DNA of 64,000 nucleotides from Lama glama (lineage: Eukaryota): contig CM052816.1 in the NCBI GenBank assembly GCA_028534125.1, forward strand, positions 94,242,001 through 94,306,000, given 5' to 3'. Every line of letters starts with the position of its first letter. The stretch's first letter is position 1. Below the pieces are notes generated by a model. It was given only the letters and a program-made list of their open reading frames with translations. It made no database searches and was not told where the DNA came from. Shown here in pieces: positions 49,886-61,700 of the stretch. The position numbers and the translations under genes were made by a program.

Positions 49886-52129
49886 GTTCATCCTGTACTG
49901 ATGTAGGGCAAATAGGAACTCACAAGCATTAATGCACACCTGGCTTCTATGCAGATGTCTTATGGAGGATAAATTTTTAATGCATAACAATCATTGAATC
50001 CTATCACAGATATATGTTGAATGAGGAAGATGAGATAGAAGACAGATAGTCTATCCCTGAAAGGATGTCAGAGATCAATATGACAATTAGTAAGAGCTTC
50101 TGTGTTTCCACGTGCAGGTCTAATGTAATGCTTTCGCCTGTCAAGTCAGCTGTTGTGTGATTTCCTGGCATCTTCATGCATACCAGGGTGTTTTTTAAAG
50201 CAGGTTATCTCATAGTAAATGGAACACCAGTATGTGAGGAATTTTACAGCAGGAGGATGTTAAACTTACTTTCAGAACAAAAAACTCAAAGACAAGTAGT
50301 GAACTATCAAACAGGGAAATGTTGATTTAGATGAGAACTTTCAGGATATTCTTTTATCAAGACGTTGTTAAGTACAGCTGCATAATGGCAGAGTTGGGAA
50401 TAATCATCATGTGCAGTGATCAGGAGAAGATTTATCTTTTTAAAGTGAACTTATTACATTTCCTATTATATTTAAATTGAAGATATACCATCTATGATTT
50501 GAAATACTGTCAACTGAAAGGAAAATCAAGTATTTTAAATGACAATAAAATTATCCAAATGCTAATCTTGGCATAAGACCTTGAATGATGTATGTTGGAA
50601 ATTTTGTGATTTGTTTTATTATAGAGAATAAATGTTAATGTGTCAGGGATGTGGAGGTTTTTTTTTTTTTAATGCTACATAATAAAATACCAGAAGCCAG
50701 TTTATGTGACTTCAAGAGTGGTATTTTAGTGGTTTCCTGTTGGCTTTTATTTCATCTCATACAAGAAGTGCCTATATCTCAATGTTAATATTAACAGAAA
50801 AAGAAATATTTGCTTTTATAAACTTTCATATCTTATGTTCGGACTCTGCCATCCAAAAATCCCCTTTTTATTTAAATTAGCTATGCCTTTTGTCAGATTA
50901 TGACTTTAAAATGTAACACCTGCAAATAGAAAATGCTTTAAGTTATAAAACCAGTATCCCTGGGTTGAGGAGGGTCCTCATATGTGACAAGAGTGTTTTA
51001 ACGTGGTTTCCTTTGATGTTTAAATTGTTGCTAATTCACTCAAATAATAATGTGAATTAAGTTGTTTCTTTCTTAGAGCATTGTATCGGCTTTACATTTC
51101 TTGAGTCTTTAGCTTTTGAATATGTCTGTAAATCCTGTGTTAAAATCACTGACACAGTCGGGTCTTGGAGAGCATTTTGAGGGTTTGTAACTGGAAGTGC
51201 GTCATCAGTGTGCATGCCCAGATGCCAGGCACCTTGTGAGCCTGGCGGAGGGCTGTCCTGGCCCTTCTCACAGTATTAACTGCACCGTTGACGTTTGAAT
51301 GCTGTCTCATAATTTCAGTACTTGGCGTCCAGTATTACACAAAGAGGGAAGTGGGACCTTCAGCTGGTTGTTTACCAAGGGTAGTATGTGGTTTGAAAAG
51401 GTGTTTATTTAAGAGTCATTCTGAGATTTTGAAAAATACAGATCCTGGCCTACATCACTATATTGTTGCAGGTATAAAGTAGGACTACGTGAAATCACTG
51501 ACAGGCAGCTCAATTTGACCTGTGAAAATGGCAGTTGAAACGTAATCGTTAATTTCATTAATTGAGGAGCTAATTAGTAACTGCAAAATAACATTTATGC
51601 ATTTTTCTCCTTGAAATTCACCATTTGGTGAATTAATAACAAAGAAGAGATTCAAATTCTCTTGTGTTTTAAAGTACTGAGGGAGATATGCCAAGCCTTG
51701 GGTCATGGGGGAACCATTGATTGGATTAAGGTTGGCAGGGCTGGAAAGAATTAAGTCCCTGAGAAACTTCCAGAGCTGTCAGCTGGTATGTTTGGCCCTG
51801 GGGGAGGGGGATGGACTGTAGCTGTCACTCTGCTACAGCTACTCTTATCCCCATCCCCATTCTGGTTTTTTTTTTAGCCTAGCTACATAAGGTTGTGCCT
51901 TTGGTCTTTAAGCTATATAGGATTTATTTGATGGATAAATAAATGTAATGTTCTAATAGTTTCATGCGACCTTTCTAAGTTTCAGAGATTTCTTGCTTTT
52001 GCTCTTTAAAATGTCATGTGATCATTTCATATGATGTTAAAATCCGTATTAGAATACCATTCATGTATATAATTGAAGCGTTTGAGTCTTGTCCAAACGT
52101 TCAGGCTGGATATGTTGATAATGCTAAGC

Positions 52130-52463
52130 TGGGGATATAGATTGGCTGATACAGACTACTATGTACAGAATAGATAAACAACAAGGTCCTGCTGTATATA
52201 GTATAGGGAGCTATATCCAATGGCTTGTAACCTGTAAGGAAAAAACATGAATCACTACTCTGTATACCAGAAATGAATACAGTGTAAATCAAAAAATATG
52301 TATATGTATTTTGTAGTAACCTATACTGAAAAAGAATATGAAAAGGAATGTATGTATGTATATGTGTGGCTAAAACATTATGCTGTAATTGAAATTGATG
52401 CAACATTGTAAACTGACTATACTTCAATACAACAATAAAATAAAATAACAGCCAAAAAAAAAA
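52130..52463 (+). mobile_element. Two tandem L1 3'UTR ends
   Basis: First ends ...gtgtaaatcaaaaaa (~52296); second ends cattgtaaactgactatacttcaata plus A tail. Confidence 0.75.
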
Positions 52464-52666
52464 AGCCTTCTCAAAGTTTTTAAAGATCTCAGTAAAGGAA
52501 AGGACATTTTGTTTGATTTCAGTAGGCTTGGACTGTGTCCTGATATTTTAGAACTGTTATTCAAATGGATTTATTAATTATTAAATAGTATATCAGCATA
52601 AACTATGTTTTTATCATCCACCTCCTGGATTTATGGTTAGTATAATGGAAGGGAATATAATTTCTT

Positions 52667-53764
52667 TTTTTATAAACATTTTTTATTGAGTTATAGTCAT
52701 TTTACAATGTTGTGTCAAATTCCAGTGTAGAGCACAATTTTTCAGTTATACATGAACATACATTGTCATTGTCGCTTTTTTTTTTTCGCTGTGAGTTACC
52801 ACAAGATCTTGTAACTATTTCCCTGTGCTATATAGTATAATCTTGTTTATCTATTCTACACATGCCTGTCAGTATCTACAGATTTTGAACTCCCAGTCTA
52901 TTCCTTCCTACCCTCCGCCCCCTTGGCAACCAGAAGTTTGTATTCTATGTCTATGAGTCTGTTTCTGTTTTGTATTTATGTTCTTTTTTTTTTTTTTAGA
53001 TTCCACATATGAGCGATCTCATATGGTATTTTTCTTTCTCTTTCTGGCTTACTTCACTTAATTCTCCAGGGACATCCATGTTGCTGCAAATGGTGTTATG
53101 TTGTTGGTTTTTATGGCTGAGTAGTATTCTGTTGTATAAATATACCACCTCTTCTTTATCCAGTCATCTGTTGATGGATATTTAGGCTGTTTCCATGTCT
53201 TGGCTATTGTAAATAGTGCTGCTATGAACATTGGTGTGCAGGTGTCTTTTTGAAGTAGGGTTCCTTCTGGATATATGCCCAGGAGCAGGATTCCTGGGTC
53301 ATATAGTAAGTCTATTCCTAGTCTTTTGAGGAATCTCCTACTGTTTTCCGCAGTGGCTGCACCAAACTGCATTCCCACCAGCAGTGTAGGAGGGTTCCCT
53401 TTTTTCCACAGCATCTCCAGCATTTGTCATTTGTGGACTTTTGAATGATGGCCATTCTGACTGGTGTGAGGTGATACTTCATCATAGTTTTGATTTGCAT
53501 TTCTCTGATAATTAGTGATATTGAGCATTTTTTCATGTGCCTATTGATCATTTGTATTTGTTCCTTGGAGAATTGCTTGTTTAGGTCTTCTGCCCATTTT
53601 TGGATTGGATTGTTTGTTTTTTTCTTATTAAGCCATACGAGCTGCTTATATATTCTGGAGATCAAGCCTTTGTTGGTTTCATTTGCAAAAATTTTCTCCC
53701 ATTCCGTAGGTTGTCATTTCGTTTTACTTATGGTTTCCTTTGGTGTGCAGAAGCTTGTAAGTTT
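52667..53764 (-). mobile_element. Young 5'-truncated L1 (ORF2 C-terminus and 3'UTR), antisense in CTNND2 intron 1
   Basis: Perfect 18-bp TSD aagggaatataatttctt (52649-52666 and 53765-53782); ORF2 peptides [19 protein letters not shown] and MFIAALFTIAKTWKQPK split by a frameshift. Confidence 0.95.
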
Positions 53765-54100
53765 AAGGGAATATAATTTCTTAAAATTACCAAAAAATAA
53801 AAATAAAACCCTCCTTTTTTTGATGATGGCTTACAATCATAAGATGTGGATAACTCAAAATTTGTAAAATTTTGTCTCACTTAATATATTTTGTTTGATG
53901 TGTACCTTTTATAGAAGCCAAGGGCATTGCCATTATTTGTTTTGAAAACATTTTAGCAAATAAGAGTGGGAATCTTCACTTCCTTCCATTTACAAAACAA
54001 AATAATCTAATTAGTCTTTATGAATTTCTTTACTGGTAACTTTTAATGTCTTACTAGCCCTCTTAGGCAATCTGTGAAATTCCTAGGATGTACCAATAGT

Positions 54101-54280
54101 GAGGTTACTAGATTTAGCAAGTGAAAACATAAGACAGCTAGTTAAATTTGAATTACAGATAAACAGTAGGGTTTTTTTTCCCCCTCAGTATATTATGTCC
54201 CAGATATTGCATGGGACACATTTATACTAAAAAAAAAAATTGTTGTTTTTCTGTAATTGAAATTCAGCTGGACCTACCAC
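54101..54280. mobile_element. MER53-like palindromic hAT MITE
   Basis: agatttagcaa...agttaaatttgaattacagataaac...tatgtcccagatattgcatgggacacatttatactaaaa matches the recalled MER53 palindrome. Confidence 0.85.
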
Positions 54281-54323
54281 GCATAGTCTTTTGAACACAA
54301 GAAGGACCTGCAGTTCTCTGGCT

Positions 54324-54324
<1 letters not shown>

Positions 54325-54372
<48 letters not shown>
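54325..54372 (+). repeat. (TAA)16 microsatellite
   Basis: Directly visible. Confidence 0.97.
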
Positions 54373-54374
<2 letters not shown>

Positions 54375-54506
54375 GTGGTTGTTGAGCCATTATTGTGTGT
54401 CACAGACTGCCATGTCTCACTTGTGGTAAAAGGCCTTCTTGGGTTTATTCGTTGTTCAACATCATTACCTTAAATGCCACTTTCTTATGCTAAGGGTTTT
54501 AGTCTT

Positions 54507-54583
54507 TTTTTTCCAAAGTTACTCATTACTTTTATTAATTTTTTATAGATATTTTTATTGAAGTATAGTCAGTTTACAAGCCT
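54507..54583 (-). mobile_element. Ultra-short L1 3' terminus insertion
   Basis: Reverse complement ttgtaaactgactatacttcaataaaa; TSD ttttagtctt (54497-54506 and 54584-54593). Confidence 0.75.
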
Positions 54584-54794
54584 TTTTAGTCTTAACTTCA
54601 GCCCAAAGTGAACTGCTACAGAAATTTTATTTTCTATTTACTATGGAGTACTTCATATATTGCCTTTTATATCAGTCACCTGCTAACTTGGCAGACCTTG
54701 ATGTCTAAGAAAGAATCTATTATAATTCTCTGGGCATCTCATACAAATGAACATAATGTCTTAATTACAGTATTTTCCAATTGAACAAAGAGGT

Positions 54795-55100
54795 TGTGTA
54801 CCCACTAGGATAAGCTAGATTATGCTGCTTTAACAAACAGCCCCTAAAATTCAGCAGCTTAAAAGGGTAAAAGCTGGTTCATTTTCAGCTTGGGTCGGTA
54901 AAAAGTAGAAATGAAGACTTGGATAATCTTCTTTGTCACACTGGGACTCCCGCCAGCGGCTCCTACATCTTTGTGGATTCTTCCACAGTCATTGAGGTAG
55001 GGAAAGGGAGCTGGAGGACCGAGTCATGTATCAGAAGGAAGCCCAGTCCTACTATACGCTTGGAGGATGAGGAGAACTGGGATACTGGTGAACAGTCTTA
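54795..55100 (-). mobile_element. Old MaLR LTR (MLT1K/J-like)
   Basis: taggataagctagattatgctgctttaacaaacagcccctaaaattcagcagcttaaa. Confidence 0.55.
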
Positions 55101-55644
55101 GGAAAGTATCATAGGAAAAAAAAATGTTGGTGGAATCCTTGAATGAGAGTTGGACAGCTTCCATATGCTTTATTAGGAGTTAGCCTTTGTAAGCCTACAG
55201 TTTTTATTAGGGAAGCAAATTTTGCTTCAGAATTCTTATACATAAAATAAAAACTGAGGGTTTTAGAAAAGTAGGAGAAGATAAATGTCAAAGTCTCATT
55301 AATGGCACAGACTAGGGTGTGAATCATGATCGGAAATAAATATTATGAACACGTGCTCACATGAAATGGTAGCGTACTCCAAAGCCCTCTGGCTACTTCT
55401 TGATGTTTCCATGAAAATGAACTTCCAGGCGTGCTGTTCCCAGATGTTGAGAAAAGGCAGATCAGATTTCTCCTATATATACACACACATGCATATGCAT
55501 GCATATATAGCTTTTTTAAAATAAACTCGAAGACCTGATTTTTGCGTTTTATTTTGGTAGAAGCAGTGTATCATGTCCAGAGACGCTGGCCAATTCTAAA
55601 TGTCTCTCTTTCTCATCTGGGTTTGTCTCCTGCCTTGTCATCTC

Positions 55645-56030
55645 TCCCCGACCTCCCTGTCCCTGTTGCTAATGTGTCTGTCCCGAGGACCTCGGGAGCC
55701 GTCGGAGCGGCGGTCCGGTTCTGCTGCTCCACTTGGCGTCTCTGCCTCGCGGTCCGCCTCCGTGCGGGCACCGTCTCCATGGCAACCGCAGGCTGCTCAG
55801 CGGGCTGCTCTGCGGCGCGGGGCGGCTGGAGCTGGCAGAGGCAATCGAAGAGCGAGGAGGCCTTGAGGAGCCCTGGAAAAAGCTTCCAGTGTAATTGTGG
55901 AGACAGGAATGAAAAATGTTATTAATCTGAGACAGCCAGACGAAGCTCCCAGGAGGCCCCGGCTCTCCTCGCACCTTGTGGATGTGATGCTCCCATGTCC
56001 ACGCGCTTCGCGCTTCGCGCTCCCCTGAGC
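55645..56030 (+). promoter_or_regulatory. Intronic CpG island with RFX X-box (candidate alternative promoter)
   Basis: Dense CpG cluster in an AT-rich intron; GTCTCCATGGCAAC at 55773-55786; GTTGCT half-site at 55665; (CGCGCTT)x3-like repeat at 56002-56022. Confidence 0.65.
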
Positions 56031-56448
56031 CAGTGGTCTCTCAGGAAATCTGGGGAGGGCAGAGTCCAGGCTGAGCAGCTGTTCACAGGCATGGCTCTTA
56101 CGAAATAATAAGCCGAACAAGATGTAGACACAGGTCTTTCGTGGTCTGTGGATCTGAAGTTACTTCGGCTCAGGGTTCTGCAAATAAATAACTTCTAGCT
56201 ACTTTCGCAGCTCTTCAAGCTTTAGAGGAGTTTCCTGATGTAGTTGTACCCAGTTCGAGTTCTAGCTGATAGGACACTGCCTGACATGTGCTTCCCCTGT
56301 TTTCTCTGTTATGTATCATGAAGATGGAAGTGAAGAGCAGTAAAAACACCGTTTGTTTTTTGGATTCCCTTGAACCCTGCCTCACTTGGCCTTGACTTTT
56401 ACCCTGGGGAGCTCATCCTGGCGACAAGCGAGCAGACTTTGACAAGAC

Positions 56449-56461
56449 ATGACACAGAATG
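56449..56461 (+). CDS. Candidate alternative first coding exon of CTNND2 (MTQN-G, phase 1)
   Basis: gacATG ACA CAG AAT G|GTGAGC; in-frame TGA at 56440-56442 upstream; same phase as exon 1. Inference only. Confidence 0.3.
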
Positions 56462-57792
56462 GTGAGCAGAGAGAGCGAAGAAAACAGAGAAGAAATTCTT
56501 CAGGGAACAGACTGAAGAAAATGTGCAGCCTCTATAATAGAGGTTTTAAAATATATATATATAACTCGGTTACGTGTTACACCATGTTTGTTATTACATA
56601 CTAGGTAGTTTTTCAATGATCTATGAAGTGAGAAACAATTCAGAAAAAAGATAATCTCACTTTTGACGAGGTCTCTTGATTGCTTGCAAATCTTCCCTTC
56701 CTTTGTGTGTGCCTCTGTGTGTACGCCATCGTTAAGCCATTCTGTAAAGCACTTTCAAAAAAGGCAATCTTGAATAGAAGGTAATTGTCTTCTGCATTTC
56801 TTTTCTCATATGCAAGTTTCATTTATTTGGTTCTGTCGCACAGAAAGTTCCAAATTTTGCATGCTGCTCTCTGGTGCTTACATGTTATTACTTACTAGGT
56901 GAATTTATATATAGTTTTATAGAATTCGATGTTTATAACTTGAAATCGTCTTTTTGCTTCTGTTTGTACTGTAGCACTTCTTCCTCAGTGCAATAAAGCA
57001 TTTGTCTTTCACATTTGCTTCCCTTATGTCTTTGTACTAAAGATCAGTGGTACCTCAAACAGAAGAGGATGATGACGATGGGGATGATATTGAAAGTGTG
57101 AGAACTTTTTCCCCCAAATCTCTTATTTTCCAGCTGTGGATTGGGCAATAATACGAAATAAAAACTTCTCAAGAATAGATACCTTAAACCTTGGGGATTA
57201 TCTCCAAACATACTCAAATATTGGTGATGCACTTTAAAAAGTATTTCCTTTTGAAAAATGCCTCTTTTATAAATTAAATATGGTCTGTTTCTTATATGCT
57301 TGATTTATAATGATACTTCAGAATTATTTTTGAAAGTTAACTTTGAGACATCATGATGAATTTTAGGAAATGTAACCAAATGCCAGTTATAACAGCAAAT
57401 AGCAAAATTCAAAGAATGTACCTAATGTAGCACAAACAGACTTACTTTCAGCATTCACTACATATATCAGAAGAGGAATTGATAATGAGCTGAGTGTTTG
57501 TCTCAAAAAATAAATAAATAAATAAAAGGCAACAGAGTAAAATGAAAGAAAGCAAGTAATAGTCAACTATTACAAAATATATAAGCCTACAGTTTTCCCT
57601 AAATTTCCAGGTATACTTTAGTAAGCGAAATTTGTTTTCTGAGTCACAGACCACTTCAGTATTTACAGCAGAGGGAATTTAATGCAGGAGATTGGTTACA
57701 CTAGTTAAGAGAAAAGCTGAGAAATCAAACAAGGAGGCAGAGAAGTAGCTCAGAGACTGGCCTCAGGAGGCATGACGCCCATTAGCCAGGAG

Positions 57793-58010
57793 CAGGGTTT
57801 CCCAACCAGGGACTGTGGCTTCCTCTCCCTACCAAGAGCAACTTTGGACACATTTTGATTGTCATGACCGGGAGGGTATGCTACTGGTATCTAGTGTGTA
57901 GAGGCCAAGGAAGGATGCTGCTGAACATTCTATAATGCACAGGACTGCCCTGACAATGGAGAATTATCTGGCCCCAAAATGTCATTAGTGCTCAGATTGA
58001 TAAACCATTG
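57793..58010. mobile_element. MER20-like hAT-Charlie element nested in an older LTR-like remnant (~57640-58340)
   Basis: cagggtttcccaacc...tgctactggtatctagtgtgtagaggccaagg...tgataaaccattg. Confidence 0.82.
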
Positions 58011-58339
58011 CCTTGAGAGATAGGCAGAGGTAGTGCTGCCAGCATGTTAAGGCTTGGATTTCTCAGAAGGGCAGGCTTCTCTAGCAGGACCTAGAGCCAT
58101 AGTGGGGATGCAGCCACTGTCAGAGAGGCCGTGGGAAGCTAGAGGAAGGGAGAGTGATGTTCTGCCTCCTCCCTACTCCCATCCAGCCTCCTGCCAGGAC
58201 CTCCTGTTGGCTGAACTCAGCTGGAAGCCTGCTGTTACAGAAGCACAGAAAACTGCAGGGTGGTGCTAGGAGGCAGGGCACAGCCAGCAAGGTGGAGGGG
58301 TGGATCTGAGGACACAAGCAGGGTACAGCCAACAATGAG

Positions 58340-58750
58340 TAATTCACTGCACTAACAGATGGAGAGAAATCAATGAGCATTCCAATCAGTGTCTTAAAAA
58401 TGATACATTTCGCACAAGGTCATAGTTAACAAACCTCAGTAAACTAGGAAATAAAGAGAGTATTCTTAACCTAAGTCATCTAAATAATACTGAAATTCTT
58501 AGTTTATAGGACCATTTTAATCACAGAAACAAAATATCTGCTCTCATCACTTCTTTGACCTCAGACATCACAATAAGACAAGAAAAGACAGAAGAGGCAA
58601 AGGATTAGAAAAGAAGAAACACGTTTAAAACTGATTTGCAGATAATATGAGTGTTTATATACAAATCCCAAAGGAGTCTTCTAAGGATTAACTTGCAAAA
58701 TTACAAAGAGAATTCAGCAAGTTTAAAATGTCAACATGTCAAATTTAGCG
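58340..58750 (+). mobile_element. Ancient L1 ORF2 fragment
   Basis: caataagacaagaaaaga...gattagaaaagaagaaac...atttgcagataatatga, A-rich L1M-like text. Confidence 0.6.
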
Positions 58751-61700
58751 TATTAATAGTGATAGTTCAGATAATTTTACTTTTAAAAGTTAACTTTGAG
58801 ACATAATAAACTTTAGAAAATATTTACGACTCAGTGCCAATTAAAATGGCAAAAGTACAGAGCAAAACAATACTAGCTTTGAACACTTACTTCAATTCAT
58901 AGCATTATTAAATGCTCAGGAATAGGGATTATGTTTTTAAGATAATTCAGATTAGGCTCTTGGACTGTTTCTCTCAGCTTCACTTTCCATGCGAAGTTAT
59001 CTTTCCATTTTGTTTAAATACTTATATGCATTTTCATAAGTATGTGTGTGTATACACACACACAAACAGTTTGTTGGAAGAATACGATTATATTGATTTT
59101 AGCTCTGCGATTAAGTGTTGCCCAAGTCACCTTGTTGAAAGATTTTCTATCTATAAATAGGTATAAATGTATAATCATACACATGACATACTATTTTCAT
59201 TCTTTCAAGGGAGTAGGGATAGGAGTGGACCTTGTGTTCTGCTTCTTCATGGGAGTAGCACCAGGTTAAATATCTTATGTAATCTGATCCCATCGTGACA
59301 CAGTTGGTGTAAAAATGGAGAATTTGTATGCTTTCTTCATGATTTAGTCTATTTAATTCCTTATCAAGGCTGCTCCGTTAAGCCTGTTGTGGAAACAGTA
59401 GCATTCCTGATGGAGAGCCAGCATTTGGCTTTCATTACTTTCTTTCCACTGTTCATGAATTGGGAACCCCCTGTACTAGTAGCAGATCTTTCTAGTAAAA
59501 CCCAGATTCGAATACCAAGTGCTAAGGTGCTTTGGGCAGCATTTTGTCTTCGCCAGGGTGTGAAGATTTTTGGTTGAGTTATGTATCTGAGAGTAACAAC
59601 CATAGAAACAGTGTACTTGCATCAGCTGAATGGTGGATTTAGGGTGCTAGGAGGCAAAACGTGAGGCTGTGGGGAGTGACTACATGAAGCTGGCGAACAG
59701 GATAGCCCAATAGACTAATAGCTAGTGTTTGAAACTCAGTAGAACACGGGTTTCTACCAGAATGATGTAATAGTTTAGAAACCTTTGTTCCTAAATGAAT
59801 AAAGACTTGGCAGTTCTATAGGAAAGTTATTTCTGAATTACCCCCCGAAATGGAGGATGTGGCCGTGAATCGTCTAAGAGGTTGAAGGTTTATTTGTTTT
59901 CCATTTGTACACACCAATGTGGGATTAGATAATTTAATTTTTTCAAAAGGGAAAGTAACAACTTAATCGCCAGGACTTACGCGTTCCTTGATATCTGTCA
60001 TGCAGGGTGTCTGGGTTGTGTTCCCCTCTGAAGATCAGTGATGAGGTTTACGTTGCCCAAGTACAGGTGGTCTGGGTGAGGGCTGGGTAACTCTTGGTTG
60101 TGCTCATTTCCCAACGTAAATGTTGTTACACGTCGGTGATTCAATGACATTTGATTTTAATACCATGTTTTGTGCAGTGTGGAGGTTATGATAAGTTTTT
60201 CACAAGAATGAATTCATAAGAATGAGAGTTTTATCATTAAAGGTTGCCGTTTTAATACAGAACCAGGATAGGGCTTCAGAGCTTGCTTTCCCCCCTTTTC
60301 CTTTAAAGCAAGCCTGCAACAAAAATGATCAACATTTCTGTCCCCCGTGGACTAGTAGGGCTTGAAAGTCTCTAATAGTCATGATACGGCCGTAAAGAAA
60401 ATGGAAAATATATTCATTTATGCACCAACATGGTGGTGTAACCAAACTTACATGTCCCACAGTTGTTCTCTTTGGGTCACAGATGTCAGAAACGAAAATG
60501 TAGGTAGCCTGTTTGTTGTGCGAGCTGACCACTCCATAGTTGTAATTCTAGGTGTATTTGTGGGGGAGGATGAGCTATGTGTCCTTCTACTCCGCCATGT
60601 TGGCAATCTCCCCCCATCTTTCACATTTAGAAGAAAATTGCAATGCCAAATGAAATGAGAAACGTGGAATCTTTTCTGTGTCCTTACACATGAGCTATGA
60701 AAATGCTTCCTGTAAAGGGACAAGTCTTGTTGCATGGTCACAAAATGATGGGGTGTGCAGACGGAAAGTGAGATGGGAGGTAATTAACTTGAGTAACAAA
60801 CAGTGTGCACCTTGGGTGTTAGCAGACGTGAAGCTGTGAAGTTACGAAAACATGTGTGAAATATAGATAATAAAAGTGATTTCATATACATCTTAATTTA
60901 AAATACTGCCATCAAATCTCTGTTGTAAGATTTTAACCCAGATCTCCACTTTTAGAGTCCAGACATGTTACCATGGTGCTTCCCCACATGTCACACACAC
61001 TCCGTCAAAAATAATTTAAAACGCTTCATATTCTTGAATCTAAATCAGTGAGGTATTTCTCTAGAAATCTTCCAAATAAGCTTTAATAAAGAAAGAATAT
61101 CTTATGCCAGTTTTCCCATCCCCTGCACTCCCTGGGGATGGTAACATTAGGTGATCTCTTCTGGGCTCTTTCTCGCTTGTCTTCTTCGTTACCCCAACTG
61201 GTCCTTCTGTTGGTGGAATGAGTGTGTTGAAGGTCAGCGCAAGGCTGCTCTCCAAGTGCACATACTCTCCTTCTCGGGCCGGTGGCTTGGGCGTAGCCTC
61301 AGTTCCAACTCCTCGCCCAGCTGGGAAGATTCCACTCAGAAAGGGACATTGTGGAGTGGCTGCTTTGGGCTCCAGTCCAAGCTGACGATTCAGCTCTGCT
61401 AGCAAAAAAGTAGATGCTCTGTTTAAAATTCCATGTACTCCTTTCTAGTTGGTTCAGGATGGAGAGGTAACTTACAGGCAACATGTTAATATTGATTTTA
61501 ACTTTATGATAAAGCGGTAAACTCATAGACAGTCAATAAAATCTCCTCGTGACCCGATTTACCTTGAAAGATAAATATATAGGGGTTAGTGGAATGAATC
61601 ATCTCTGTCCATACCCTGGTTGTGGAAACAGACTCACCGTCATTCACCTGCCACTGGCTGCCTTGTTTGGTTTGGAAGAGTAACTTTTGGAGCGACTGTT

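Noticed and set aside
54291..54473. Poly-Ile transmembrane-looking ORF
   Set aside because: Translation of the (TAA)16 microsatellite.
56318..56345. Second possible micro-exon ATG AAG ATG GAA GTG AAG AGC A|GTAAAA (also phase 1)
   Set aside because: The donor matches consensus poorly compared with G|GTGAGC at 56462.
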